A DNA stretch of 64,000 nt from Thermoplasmatales archaeon. Lineage in GTDB: Archaea > Thermoplasmatota > Thermoplasmata > Thermoplasmatales > Thermoplasmataceae. Below, in pieces: positions 1 through 9,540 of the stretch (its first letter is position 1; the number at the start of each line of letters is the position of its first letter). The DNA lies in contig DAIDBH010000017.1 of NCBI GenBank assembly GCA_027310185.1, forward strand, positions 128,001-192,000. The letters are read 5' to 3'. The notes below the pieces were generated by a model that worked only from the letters and a program-made list of their open reading frames with translations, was not told the origin of the DNA and searched no databases. The translations under genes and the position numbers were made by a program.

Positions 1-265
1 TCATCCCCGCGATTATTTTAGAACTGCTTGCATTTTTTAGATTTTTAATTTTAAAGCCTTCTGGACCTACTACTTCCGCGAGTGAACCGAGGGGCTCGTC
101 CTTGATAAATGAATCACCGATGTGGGTATGAGCATTAATTGGTTTTGGCAGGTAAAAGTCCTCCTCTTTTATGCTTTCATTCTCCTCAAAGCTCTTTTCA
201 TTACTGTAATAGATACCTTTCTTATATTCTCCATCCATATAGAAAGTGCCCCTGTATTCTGTCAT
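1..265 (-). CDS. Amidohydrolase/deaminase family protein, N-terminal part (runs off the window edge)
   Basis: Manual translation MTEYRGTFYMDGEY...LPKPINAHTHIGDSFIKDEP contains the HxH metal motif (NAHTHIGD); lies directly downstream of rtcB. Confidence 0.8.
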   Translation of the reverse strand, partial: MTEYRGTFYMDGEYKKGIYYSNEKSFEENESIKEEDFYLPKPINAHTHIGDSFIKDEPLGSLAEVVGPEGFKIKNLKNASSSKIIAGM

Positions 266-272
266 CTTATAT

Positions 273-1700
273 TCACCCCTTTATAACACCCATAGGTTTC
301 AGTCTTGCGATTCCCTCGGCAATTTTTCCGCCTATTATGGAATTATATATCTCATCTATATCTTTATAGCTTTCTGGTGCCTCTTCAGTGAGTGCTGAGG
401 TACTTGCAAACTTCATTTCAATCTTCAATGCTTCAAGCTCCTTTTCAACAGATTCAGGCGATATTGTTTCCTTGGCCATCTTCCTTCCCAGGACTCTTCC
501 AGCACCATGGCAGCTGGTTGAGAATGAAATTTCGCTATTTCCTCTGATGCCTCTCAGCACATAGGAAGATGTTCCCATGCTTCCAGGAACAATTACAGGA
601 TGTCCTATCCCTGCATAATAACCGGATGTAGATTCAGGTGGCAATGCTCTTGTAGCGCCCTTTCTATGAACGAGAACCTTCTGTCTCCTACCATCAATCT
701 CATGCTCCTCGAATGCCGCAATATTGTGTGAAATATTGTACACCACTTCTGACTCCTCTTCCATGAAGTCATTCCTCATCACTTTTTTTATGGCATTTCT
801 GATCATGCTTATTATCATCTGCCTGTTAGCAAATGCATAGTTTGCAGCTCCATTCATCGCAGAAATATATCTTTCTGCGTTCTTACTGCTTAATTCCATA
901 TATGATAGTTGAGCATCCTTCAGCATCCTGTTATGATCTAAACTCCTGATTTCCTGGATATAATCTGTTGCAACCTGATGACCAAGCCCTCTTGAACCGG
1001 TGTGTATCATAACATATACCATATCTTTATGAATCCCATATTCTTCGGAAACCTCGCCGTTCATGATCTGGTCTGCGTACTGCAATTCAATGAAGTGATT
1101 TCCAGACCCAAGCGTACCAAAAAAATTCATTCCACGGGAATAGGCTTTATCTGAGATGGTTGCCGGTTCTGCTCCAAACATGGAGCCGTTGTAATCTGTC
1201 TTGTTTATATCGTCCTCTGTGGCCAGGTCCCTGAAATATAACCACTGAATTCCTTCAGAAGTTATGGTTTCTATATCTCTTCTTGATAACTTATTTCTGC
1301 TTCTTGCCATTCCAACCGGTACCTGCGTAAATATTTCGTTTATTATGTCCCTGATATGCAACCTGCATGTCTTTATGTCCATACCGGTATTCATCAATGC
1401 AACCCCACAATTGATGTCATAACCCACTCCACCAGGAGATACGATGCCATTGCTTGAATCAAATGCAACAACAGATCCGATCGGAAACCCATATCCCTGG
1501 TGAATGTCCGGGAGACCAACAGGCATTCCTATCTTTCCTGGAAGTTCTGCCATGTTGAGCAGCTGTGTAATGGCTTCAGACCCCATTGCCTGATTTATTA
1601 GGCTTTTTGTTCCTATGATCCTGGCCTTTGACTGATCTCTTTCTAATAAATAGGAAAAATCTGTTTCTCTAATAATTTTTATTCCCATCCCAGATGACAT
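273..1700 (-). CDS. rtcB: RNA-splicing ligase RtcB
   Basis: Motifs PDIHQGYGFPIG, GYDINCG, GTLGSGNHFIE, HTGSRGLG, HRKGAT, HGAGR, EEAPESYK. Confidence 0.97.
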   Translation of the reverse strand: MSSGMGIKIIRETDFSYLLERDQSKARIIGTKSLINQAMGSEAITQLLNMAELPGKIGMPVGLPDIHQGYGFPIGSVVAFDSSNGIVSPGGVGYDINCGVALMNTGMDIKTCRLHIRDIINEIFTQVPVGMARSRNKLSRRDIETITSEGIQWLYFRDLATEDDINKTDYNGSMFGAEPATISDKAYSRGMNFFGTLGSGNHFIELQYADQIMNGEVSEEYGIHKDMVYVMIHTGSRGLGHQVATDYIQEIRSLDHNRMLKDAQLSYMELSSKNAERYISAMNGAANYAFANRQMIISMIRNAIKKVMRNDFMEEESEVVYNISHNIAAFEEHEIDGRRQKVLVHRKGATRALPPESTSGYYAGIGHPVIVPGSMGTSSYVLRGIRGNSEISFSTSCHGAGRVLGRKMAKETISPESVEKELEALKIEMKFASTSALTEEAPESYKDIDEIYNSIIGGKIAEGIARLKPMGVIKG

Positions 1701-1738
1701 TTAATAATACTTAATAAACAGTGAAATATTAACACTGT

Positions 1739-1954
1739 ATGGATGATGTCCTGGAAGTTGAAACGCTTGAGGCTGACTTTTCATTCAAGCTTCGCCTGGA
1801 GATATACCTTAGAAACACTGCAATCAGGATCAGGGCACGCTCCAGTACACCCGAAAAATTTGATGACTACATAGCAGAAAGAGAGAAAATAATCAGATCA
1901 ATGATAGGGGAAGGACATAGTGTTTCAGACAGGGGTAAGATAATTTATCCATGA
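1739..1954 (+). CDS. Small hypothetical protein
   Basis: 71-aa ORF divergent from rtcB with protein-like composition. Confidence 0.65.
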   Translation: MDDVLEVETLEADFSFKLRLEIYLRNTAIRIRARSSTPEKFDDYIAEREKIIRSMIGEGHSVSDRGKIIYP

Positions 1955-2055
1955 ATGAATATTCACAAAAGATCACTGTTACTGTTAAGGATATGGAAAT
2001 TATATTTTTTTCTAAATAAGAATTAATATTCCTTTAGGATTCTGGATGGATTATT

Positions 2056-2385
2056 GTGGCAATTGGAGATAACGTGTTTAAGGAACTGCGGGATGCGCTG
2101 GAAACCGCGAAGAGGCATATCAGGATCATTGAATCTCTCATGAGGGAACAACCTTCGGGAATTATCAAGATTTCGCAACTAACAGGCTTACCTGACCATA
2201 AAATAAGGTATTCCCTTAGAGTCCTTGAAAAAGATGGCATTATAATACCATCAAAGGACGGAGCAATCATTACACCTGATTTCGTTGAAAAGAAGGAAGA
2301 GCTCCTTGATGGCATAAGAGATATCCTGAAGGACATGAATGCACTTGAGGATGAGATAAATAAATCACTTCTGGGTAGAAAGTGA
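2056..2385 (+). CDS. Winged helix-turn-helix transcriptional regulator
   Basis: HTH-like GIIKISQLTGLPDHKIRYSLRVLEKDGII. Confidence 0.8.
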   Translation: MAIGDNVFKELRDALETAKRHIRIIESLMREQPSGIIKISQLTGLPDHKIRYSLRVLEKDGIIIPSKDGAIITPDFVEKKEELLDGIRDILKDMNALEDEINKSLLGRK

Positions 2386-2389
2386 ATTG

Positions 2390-2899
2390 ATGGAAGAGAA
2401 CCCATATCAAGTACGGGTTGCCGTCCCTTCTGATGCTGCAGGAATTATTAAGTGCATGCAGAACGTAATGAGTGAGAAGGTATATCTGGTAAGTGAGATA
2501 TATCTTTACACAGAGAGAGGGCAAAAGGATATACTGAGAAATCCAGATGATCTTACTCTTGTGTCTGTTTTTGGTGGTGAAATAATTGGAACCATGAACA
2601 TACAGAGGGGTTTTTACAAGAAAAACAGACACACGGCGAACCTGGGAATTGCTATTGAATCTGGGCACAGGGGAAAGGGTATTGGGAGAAGGATGATCGA
2701 GGAGGGAATAAAGTGGTGCAGGGAGAATGGAATTGCAAAGCTGAATCTTGAAGTATTTTCCTCTAATGTGAATGCAATATCACTTTATAAAAAAATAGGA
2801 TTTACTGTAGAAGGGCAGAGAAAAGGACAGTTTCTGGTTGGAAACGATTATGTTGATGATGTTCTGATGACAATTTACCCTATGGAGTATAAAAAATAG
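2390..2899 (+). CDS. GNAT family N-acetyltransferase
   Basis: Acetyl-CoA motif HRGKGIGRRM, followed by NVNAISLYKKIGF. Confidence 0.92.
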   Translation: MEENPYQVRVAVPSDAAGIIKCMQNVMSEKVYLVSEIYLYTERGQKDILRNPDDLTLVSVFGGEIIGTMNIQRGFYKKNRHTANLGIAIESGHRGKGIGRRMIEEGIKWCRENGIAKLNLEVFSSNVNAISLYKKIGFTVEGQRKGQFLVGNDYVDDVLMTIYPMEYKK

Positions 2900-2900
2900 A

Positions 2901-3145
2901 TTGACAAACACCACTACCGCTTTCGTAGTGAGGCTCCGCGAGAAACCCATGAGATGGAGTCTTTATGTGCTTGGACCTATTTTAACGCGTAGGTACTTTA
3001 TCTTCATGCTAGACCATCTGGCATTTAGGAATACATTTGTACATCAAGTTTCTCTGCCAGCTAACACTTCGATGTGTCTCGAGTGATAACAAAATTTCCC
3101 ATGTTTCCTGCGCTTTCCTGACGATTGGGGGTTTATATTCGCAGA
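2901..3145 (-). mobile_element. Non-coding IS200/IS605-like miniature element (omegaRNA/right-end-like), copy A
   Basis: Collinear similarity to 30435-30695; minus strand ends in hairpin CACTAC-GAAAGCG-GTAGTG followed by TTTGTCAA; no credible ORF; left boundary approximate. Confidence 0.5.
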
Positions 3146-3194
3146 TGTTAAACATTGAAAAGTGATTTAAACCCTGTAAGCGATCAGTATACCA

Positions 3195-4154
3195 ATGAGA
3201 TCACTCGGAAAGTCGGATATATTATTCCTGATATTCTTTGCAGACATGACCGTGCTGATGTTATATGGCATGAGTGAACTTCTGAGTTATACATATCTTC
3301 ACGGCGGAATGGTTGCATCAACCATAACTTTGAAGAATATGTTTGTTTATTTTTACTATCCACCTAAAAATATTCTTTCCCTGTATCTTCCAATTCCATT
3401 TTTTGCAGGAATAGGGGTTCTCTTTGCACTCTATTTGTATATTTTTTATTATAATTACAGGACAACATCTACCTCCAGGGGTAAAAACCCACTTGAAACT
3501 CCCATAGGGTATATAGCAGGAATCGGTTCCCTGATATATTTTCTATCCATAGTCCTTGTTCTCTTGCAAGACGCCTTAGGAGCCCCAATCAGTGCAAAAG
3601 GTATCACAGAAATTGAGAACACAGAACCTGTCTTCTTTTATTTTCAACTGATTTATGCTCCCTTTGTGGAGGAACTGGAATTCAGAATCCTGCCTATTGG
3701 CATCTATCTGGCAGTAAGATATTACCTGCAGAATAAAGATTACAAAATCTGGGAGGTATTTCTTGTACCTGGAAGGCTTATGAAGAAATTCCAAAGAAAA
3801 CTTGATCTGTATGACTGGGTAATGATTTTCGGAACCAGTATTCTCTTTGGCTATGCTCATTATGCCTACGGAGACTGGAGCCTTTCAAAAATACCACAGG
3901 CTGCCCTTGGAGGGTTTGCCTTTGCAATTGGATTCATGATCTTTGGACCATTCGTAGACATTCCAATGCACTTCCTTTTCGACGGTACATTCACAGTTGA
4001 CATATTGCCTTCTGGCTCAGCAGCTCTTTCGCCAATAATCATCGGTATAGTACTGGTATTCATATGTGCAATCATCACCATCATACTGATTATAATGAGA
4101 TATTCAAAAAGCAAGATTGAGGTAGATCAGAGTCAATCAATCCAGATTCAATAA
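3195..4154 (+). CDS. CPBP (CAAX protease/Abi family) intramembrane metalloprotease
   Basis: Multiple TM helices; motifs APFVEELEFR, FGYAH, HFLFD. Confidence 0.85.
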   Translation: MRSLGKSDILFLIFFADMTVLMLYGMSELLSYTYLHGGMVASTITLKNMFVYFYYPPKNILSLYLPIPFFAGIGVLFALYLYIFYYNYRTTSTSRGKNPLETPIGYIAGIGSLIYFLSIVLVLLQDALGAPISAKGITEIENTEPVFFYFQLIYAPFVEELEFRILPIGIYLAVRYYLQNKDYKIWEVFLVPGRLMKKFQRKLDLYDWVMIFGTSILFGYAHYAYGDWSLSKIPQAALGGFAFAIGFMIFGPFVDIPMHFLFDGTFTVDILPSGSAALSPIIIGIVLVFICAIITIILIIMRYSKSKIEVDQSQSIQIQ

Positions 4155-4733
4155 GAATCTATTTCCATCTATCCTGAAGTTGTTCTGGAGCATGCTCTGA
4201 ATTATCATAGGATAGTATTTCAACTCGTATTCGTGAATTCTTTCCTGTAATGATTCGGGTGAATCTTCTGCAAGAACAGGAACTGCATACTGAAAGATCA
4301 CTGGCCCACGATCAACTTCACTGTTCACTATGTGGATTGTGAATCCGCTATACTGCACGCCATAATCTATGGCTGCCATGTGCACTTTTATGCCATAGAA
4401 ACCCTTTCCTCCAAAGGATGGAAGAAGAGATGGGTGGATATTTACGATTCGGTCAGGAAATGCCTTCAGAAGGGAGGGTTCTATTATCTTCAGGAATCCT
4501 GCAAGAACGATCAGGTCAGGATTTTTCATCTTCAGGACCCTGGTTGTTTCTGTATCATACTTTAGGACTTCTATCCCGTTCTCCATTGCTATTCCAACTG
4601 CACCGGACTTAGCCCTGTCAGAAACAAGGCAGGATACCTCGAATGGTGAATCTTTTTTCCTTGAATGATCCAGTATTGCCCTGAATGTTGTACCTGAACC
4701 TGATGCAAAAACTGCTATGGATTTTTTTTCCAT
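4137..4733 (-). CDS. purN: Phosphoribosylglycinamide formyltransferase
   Basis: ASGSGT, LAGFLKI, NIHPSLLPSFGG, VDRGPVI. Confidence 0.95.
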   Translation of the reverse strand: MEKKSIAVFASGSGTTFRAILDHSRKKDSPFEVSCLVSDRAKSGAVGIAMENGIEVLKYDTETTRVLKMKNPDLIVLAGFLKIIEPSLLKAFPDRIVNIHPSLLPSFGGKGFYGIKVHMAAIDYGVQYSGFTIHIVNSEVDRGPVIFQYAVPVLAEDSPESLQERIHEYELKYYPMIIQSMLQNNFRIDGNRFLLNLD

Positions 4734-4826
4734 GATGTGGTAATTATCCGTGAAATAAAAGAATGACCATTATTTGGATAAGAATCATTCGTTCAGTTTA
4801 TATGTGTGATATGTGATAAGGAATGG

Positions 4827-5780
4827 ATGGAAATCTGGATTGAGAAATACAGACCAGAAAGGGTAAGTGATGTTGCTGGTCAGAAGGAAACGGTCAAGAT
4901 GCTGGAAGGTTTCATCAAGTCGGGAGAAATGCCACATCTTATATTTGCAGGTCCACCAGGTGTCGGAAAAACAACAATGGCTCTCTGCCTTGCAAGGGAG
5001 ATGCTTGGAGAAAACTGGAGAGATCACCTGCTTGAACTTAATGCATCCAACGAGAGGGGCATTGACGTTATAAAGAATGATGTCAAGGAATTTGCAAGGA
5101 ATGGGTCCATAACTGACGGAAAGTTCAAGATTGTCTTCTTTGATGAATCGGATCAGTTAACTCCAGAGGCACAGGCCGCGTTGAGGAGAACAATGGAAAT
5201 ATACTACAAGAACGTGAGATTCATATTTTCATGTAATTACAGTTCCGGGATCATTCCACCTATACAATCGAGATGTGTTATCATAAGATTCAGGAAAATT
5301 TCAATTGAAGATATGGTAGAGGCCCTGGGAAAAATTGCAGACAGGGAGAAACTTCCTGTAGATAAGGAGATACTTGAGGCAATTTTTGAAAATTCTGATG
5401 GAGATATGAGAAAGGCGGTCAATATTTTGCAGTCCATAAGCTTCATAGAAAAGCCAACGGTGAAGGATGTTTTCGATGTTGCAGGTTCAATAGATGAAAA
5501 GGAGGTTGTGCCTCTGCTCAGTAACATGAGGCACGGGAATTTTGTTGAAGCTTCAAGGATTTCTACCAGCCTGATCGTTGATAAGGGATTTTCAGCAATA
5601 GATATTATAAAGGCGCTTCATAAGTTAATTTCCAGGGAGCAAACCTCTCCAATAATAAAGAGGGAGAGCTTCATGGCCCTTGGAGATGCTGAACTGAGAC
5701 TGGCTCAGGGTGGTTCTGACAACATCCAGCTTGACTATCTTGTAGCAAGGATGTGCAAACTGTCCACAGATAATTTATAA
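4827..5780 (+). CDS. rfcS: Replication factor C small subunit
   Basis: [37 protein letters not shown] motif. Confidence 0.95.
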   Translation: MEIWIEKYRPERVSDVAGQKETVKMLEGFIKSGEMPHLIFAGPPGVGKTTMALCLAREMLGENWRDHLLELNASNERGIDVIKNDVKEFARNGSITDGKFKIVFFDESDQLTPEAQAALRRTMEIYYKNVRFIFSCNYSSGIIPPIQSRCVIIRFRKISIEDMVEALGKIADREKLPVDKEILEAIFENSDGDMRKAVNILQSISFIEKPTVKDVFDVAGSIDEKEVVPLLSNMRHGNFVEASRISTSLIVDKGFSAIDIIKALHKLISREQTSPIIKRESFMALGDAELRLAQGGSDNIQLDYLVARMCKLSTDNL

Positions 5781-5824
5781 ATTACTTAAAGACATATTTT
5801 CTGATCAGAGTGTTTTATAAGTTC

Positions 5825-7360
5825 TCAGTATTCGTCAATCTTTTTATTTCTCTTTGCATCCATGTCCTTCTTCATCCTGCTTACCATGACCTTCTCCTTT
5901 CTCTGACTTGAATAGTAATATGCCTGATCCCTGGTTCCGTTAAATATCAGTATGTATACCTTTCCTGCCTTGAACCTACCTGTTCTTCCCCTCCTCTGGA
6001 TCGTTCTTATTTCTGATGCAACTGGTTCGTAGAATATTACAAGATCTGTTGAGGGTATGTCCAGACCTTCCTCTGCCACACTGGTGGCAAGCATCACGTT
6101 ATAAATGCCATTCTTGAATTTGTCTATGCCTTCTCTCTGAGAGCTCTGAGACATCCCCTTGTCTCCATCCCTGTTTCCCTGACCAACAAACCTGATTGCC
6201 CTGATAGTTTTTGAATTCTCTTCTAGGTACTTCAAAAGAATTTCTGATGTCTTCCTGTAATGTGTAAAAACGAGACACCTTGATTCTGGATGTTCGCTGA
6301 TGAGTAATTCTGCCATTTCCTTAACCTTCCTGAACTTTGGATTTTCATAATTTTCAGATGTTGTTTTTAAAAGTGTTTCCACCTGCTGAAACGTTGAGTT
6401 TCTCTTCCATAGATTCAGCGTCCTGATCAGGGACTTATCCTCAGAACTTTCCATTTCCTGCAAATAATTATTTCCTATCTCTATACCCTGCGTTTCTATA
6501 TACTCCATCAAAACATCAAGCCGGATTACTGCCGTGAAATAGGGAATTGATGTGAACAATGACTTGTCTCCAGATGTTGCTCTTTTAGACAGGTCACGGA
6601 TGTATTCACTCATCTCAGATCTTGATGCACTCTTCTTGACATAGCTGAATTTTTTCTGTATCTGATCCATGAAGTCCTTCTTGACTTCCCTGAGAAGTGA
6701 AATGCATTTTTCCTGTTCCGGGCTGATCCTGATGAAAACTGGTTCTGTATCTGAACCTTTCACGTAAGGAGCGATATCCGGATCATCATCTGTTCTGATC
6801 ATTACATTGGCAATTTTCAGGTTATCCTTGATTTCATCCACTTTCTCATTTTTAGAGCCGGGACTCGCAGTCATTGCAAGAATTCTCCTGTCTGGTAGGT
6901 TTTGAAACTCCCTTGCCACATTAACGTAAGCATAGTTACCGGTTGCCCTGTGTGCCTCGTCCACAATAAGCAGATAGAAATTATTCATGAAGACTATCTC
7001 CCGCTTAATGTCCTTTTCCACTGTCTGCGGAGTAGATATTATGAACTGTCCTTCTGCCCATTCACTCATCCTCTTATCCACGGGGTCATGGCCCGTTAGG
7101 CTCCTTATTCTTATATCCTGTCCCGCAAATAACTTCGTCATTGTCTGAAAATGCTGGTCCACGAGCGGTCTGGTTGGTGAAATCATAATAACTTTCTTGT
7201 TTTGCTTTATGTATGTGTAAGCCAGCATGGCCGAGACCAGAGTTTTACCAAGTCCGGTTGGGAGTACCAATAAAAGATTTGATCTCAGTGCTTTTCTGTA
7301 TGCTTCTACCTGGTACGGTCTTGGCTTGAGATCATTGAATTCTGGTATATCTTCTTCCAT
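5825..7360 (-). CDS. Hef/FANCM-like SF2 DEAH helicase with no C-terminal nuclease domain
   Basis: PRPYQ, LPTGLGKT, DEAHRATGNYAY, TASPG, TSVAEEGLDIP, QRRGRTGR. Confidence 0.92.
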   Translation of the reverse strand: MEEDIPEFNDLKPRPYQVEAYRKALRSNLLLVLPTGLGKTLVSAMLAYTYIKQNKKVIMISPTRPLVDQHFQTMTKLFAGQDIRIRSLTGHDPVDKRMSEWAEGQFIISTPQTVEKDIKREIVFMNNFYLLIVDEAHRATGNYAYVNVAREFQNLPDRRILAMTASPGSKNEKVDEIKDNLKIANVMIRTDDDPDIAPYVKGSDTEPVFIRISPEQEKCISLLREVKKDFMDQIQKKFSYVKKSASRSEMSEYIRDLSKRATSGDKSLFTSIPYFTAVIRLDVLMEYIETQGIEIGNNYLQEMESSEDKSLIRTLNLWKRNSTFQQVETLLKTTSENYENPKFRKVKEMAELLISEHPESRCLVFTHYRKTSEILLKYLEENSKTIRAIRFVGQGNRDGDKGMSQSSQREGIDKFKNGIYNVMLATSVAEEGLDIPSTDLVIFYEPVASEIRTIQRRGRTGRFKAGKVYILIFNGTRDQAYYYSSQRKEKVMVSRMKKDMDAKRNKKIDEY

Positions 7361-7515
7361 TTATCAGGTACATCCTGAGAGATTTAAATATTCTTTCCCT
7401 CCAGTCTTCCAGATCAGTGATGGATTCCGATTTGTGGAAGATCACTTAATTGCACAAAGTTTTCTGTCAAAAGATGACTATAAATTATAATAACTCCGAA
7501 CAAATGCTGAATGAA

Positions 7516-7587
7516 GGGCCGGTAGATCAGGGGTAGATCGCTTGCTTCGCAAGCAAGAGGCCTCGGGTTCAAATCCCGACCGGTCCA
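7516..7587 (+). tRNA. tRNA-Ala(CGC); anchor of the repeat array
   Basis: Cloverleaf GGGCCGG...CCGGTCCA; anticodon arm CTTGC-TTCGCAA-GCAAG; T-arm GGGTTCAAATCCC. Confidence 0.95.
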
Positions 7588-7596
7588 TTTGTCAAA

Positions 7597-7716
7597 CTAT
7601 ATCTCAATAACTTGAATACCAAACTTTTTGCATTTATTATGCAGTTTTTTTTATCAAAGGGGACTAAAGGTACATTTCTCGAATATGCATCTTAACCTAT
7701 TATCCGGTCACTGAAA
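7597..7716 (-). pseudogene. 3' remnant of a vapC homologous to 29674-30081
   Basis: ~120-bp nucleotide similarity to 29674-29790 (CTATATCTCAATAACTTGAAT...CTTTTTGCATTTATTAT...GACTAAAGGTAC...TATTATCC). Confidence 0.85.
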
Positions 7717-7830
7717 TTCCTGGTTCCCACCATGGATCTCTGTTAGCTGGTTTCTTGTCTTATGAGTGAAGTTCACACCCATGCAGGAATGAATTCCTCA
7801 CCGATTGCCGTTCATTCAATCTTCCGATCC

Positions 7831-9270
7831 CTATGTTTTCTTGTAAATCTCGCGTTCTATGTCTGAAAGATCCATAAGAATCACATCACTAATTGGCTCT
7901 TGCAGTGTCCATTTGAATCCGCTCTTAGAAAACACAGCATAGCTATATTTCTTTCCGGGGTACTGCTTTCTCAGTGTTTCCGACTTTGTCCTTAAGGCTT
8001 CAACTATACTTATGGGAACTGGGCTGTTTGTCCACTTGCATTCAGCGAAAAGCAATTCTCCTCGTGTTTCGGAATATGCAACGATATCTATCTCCTCAAC
8101 GTCCCTGCCCTTTTTGTTGGACTCATTCCTGCCCCACCATCTGGAAACCGTATCAAATGATCTGCCCAGTATCCCTTCCAATATGAGCTCCTTCATGAGG
8201 TTCTCAAACTGCTCACCCGCAAAAGTGGGGAAATCATCCACTATGATCTTAAGAATCTCTTCATTGCGAGAATTCTCAATCTCGCTCTTGTGTGGCAGTA
8301 CATACCTGAACCAGAACTTCAGATACGGGTCGGATATCCAGTTTAATCTTCTCTTAAATTTCTCAGAAGCTCCAAAAGGTTTCTCCGGAATAACTAAGCC
8401 CAGTGACATGAGCACGTCCAGATATTTTGATACCATGCTCTTGTCCAGACCGGAATAGGCGCATATCTCCCCCAATGTATGATTTCCGTATGAAATGGAT
8501 CTGAGAATCAGCATGTAATTCCTAGGTTCCCTAAATTCAGTTCTGAGAAGAAAATCTGCCTCCTCGTAGAGGGGCGCTCCTTTTGAAATGATGCTTTTTG
8601 AAACGTTTTCCCAGAATCCCGTATCAGGATCAAGTTTCAGGAGGTAATCTGGTATGCCGCCAAATACAAAGTATGTATTACATAAATCTTCGAACCCATA
8701 ATTCACGAATTCTGACAAGTATCTGAACTTCAGTGGTCGTAACTGCAATTGGCCTGTTCTTCTGCCGTAAAGAGGGCTCCTGTAAGAAAGCACCTCATTT
8801 TCCATCATGCTGATAGAAGAGCCTGAAAGAATCAGCATTACGTTCTTCTCCCTCAGTACGGTGTCATATACCTTCTGGAATACCGACGGTATTGCCCTGT
8901 TAGCCTCTATGAGATATGGGAATTCATCTATGACAATTATGATCTTTGATTCACGTGCTTTTGCTTGAAATGAACTGCTCGAAGTCAGAACAGTGAAAAG
9001 AGAGTGCCAGTCGTCGAAATTAGCCATAAGGATGCTTTCATCACCCAGGAACTTTGACATAATGGCTTTGAAGCTGTTTATGTTCTCCCTGTCTCCCTCT
9101 GCAGTTGCAAGAAAATAAACACCCCTGGTGCCTAGGAACTTGCTGATCAATTCGGTCTTCCCAACCCTTCTCCTGCCATAAAGGATGAATAGTGAGGGCC
9201 CTTTCGCAGACATGGCCCTTTCCAGGATTTTCATTTCTTCGATCCTGTCAACAAACTTTTGTTGAGACAT
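7831..9270 (-). CDS. Archaeal ATPase with C-terminal DUF234-like PD-(D/E)xK domain
   Basis: FVDRIEE, Walker A GRRRVGKT, Walker B IDEFPYL, YGRRTG, EIDIVA...FAECKW. Confidence 0.9.
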   Translation of the reverse strand: MSQQKFVDRIEEMKILERAMSAKGPSLFILYGRRRVGKTELISKFLGTRGVYFLATAEGDRENINSFKAIMSKFLGDESILMANFDDWHSLFTVLTSSSSFQAKARESKIIIVIDEFPYLIEANRAIPSVFQKVYDTVLREKNVMLILSGSSISMMENEVLSYRSPLYGRRTGQLQLRPLKFRYLSEFVNYGFEDLCNTYFVFGGIPDYLLKLDPDTGFWENVSKSIISKGAPLYEEADFLLRTEFREPRNYMLILRSISYGNHTLGEICAYSGLDKSMVSKYLDVLMSLGLVIPEKPFGASEKFKRRLNWISDPYLKFWFRYVLPHKSEIENSRNEEILKIIVDDFPTFAGEQFENLMKELILEGILGRSFDTVSRWWGRNESNKKGRDVEEIDIVAYSETRGELLFAECKWTNSPVPISIVEALRTKSETLRKQYPGKKYSYAVFSKSGFKWTLQEPISDVILMDLSDIEREIYKKT

Positions 9271-9405
9271 AAGTATTATACTTTAGTCACAACGAATATT
9301 TATACATATCTCGGCGTGATTTACTGAGCTAAACATCCAAGACATATACCATTATAATATTAAGCAGATCTCGACCTTTCCTTCAAGTTTTAATTCCTTG
9401 AATTT

Positions 9406-9451
9406 TTGATAGAGTAGAGTTCTGGCATTGCCCAGAACTCTACTCTATCAA
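9406..9451. repeat. Perfect 20-bp inverted repeat with 6-nt spacer
   Basis: TTGATAGAGTAGAGTTCTGG-cattgc-CCAGAACTCTACTCTATCAA. Confidence 0.95.
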
Positions 9452-9540
9452 TTACGGAGATGCAGAAGCGGTCAAATGCACCTCAGTGACATATTACCAA
9501 AAATTATGGAGATAGGGTTAAAAAATATGTGTGATTTTTC

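Noticed and set aside
2901-3145. RNase P or SRP RNA, or the 61-aa ORF 2901-3086
   Set aside because: Conserved RNase P and SRP motifs were not found; similarity to 30435-30695 better fits a mobile non-coding element.
5825-7360. Hef helicase lacking the nuclease domain as a truncation or novelty
   Set aside because: The ORF ends cleanly, and helicase-only Hef homologs are, to my knowledge, normal in Thermoplasmatales.
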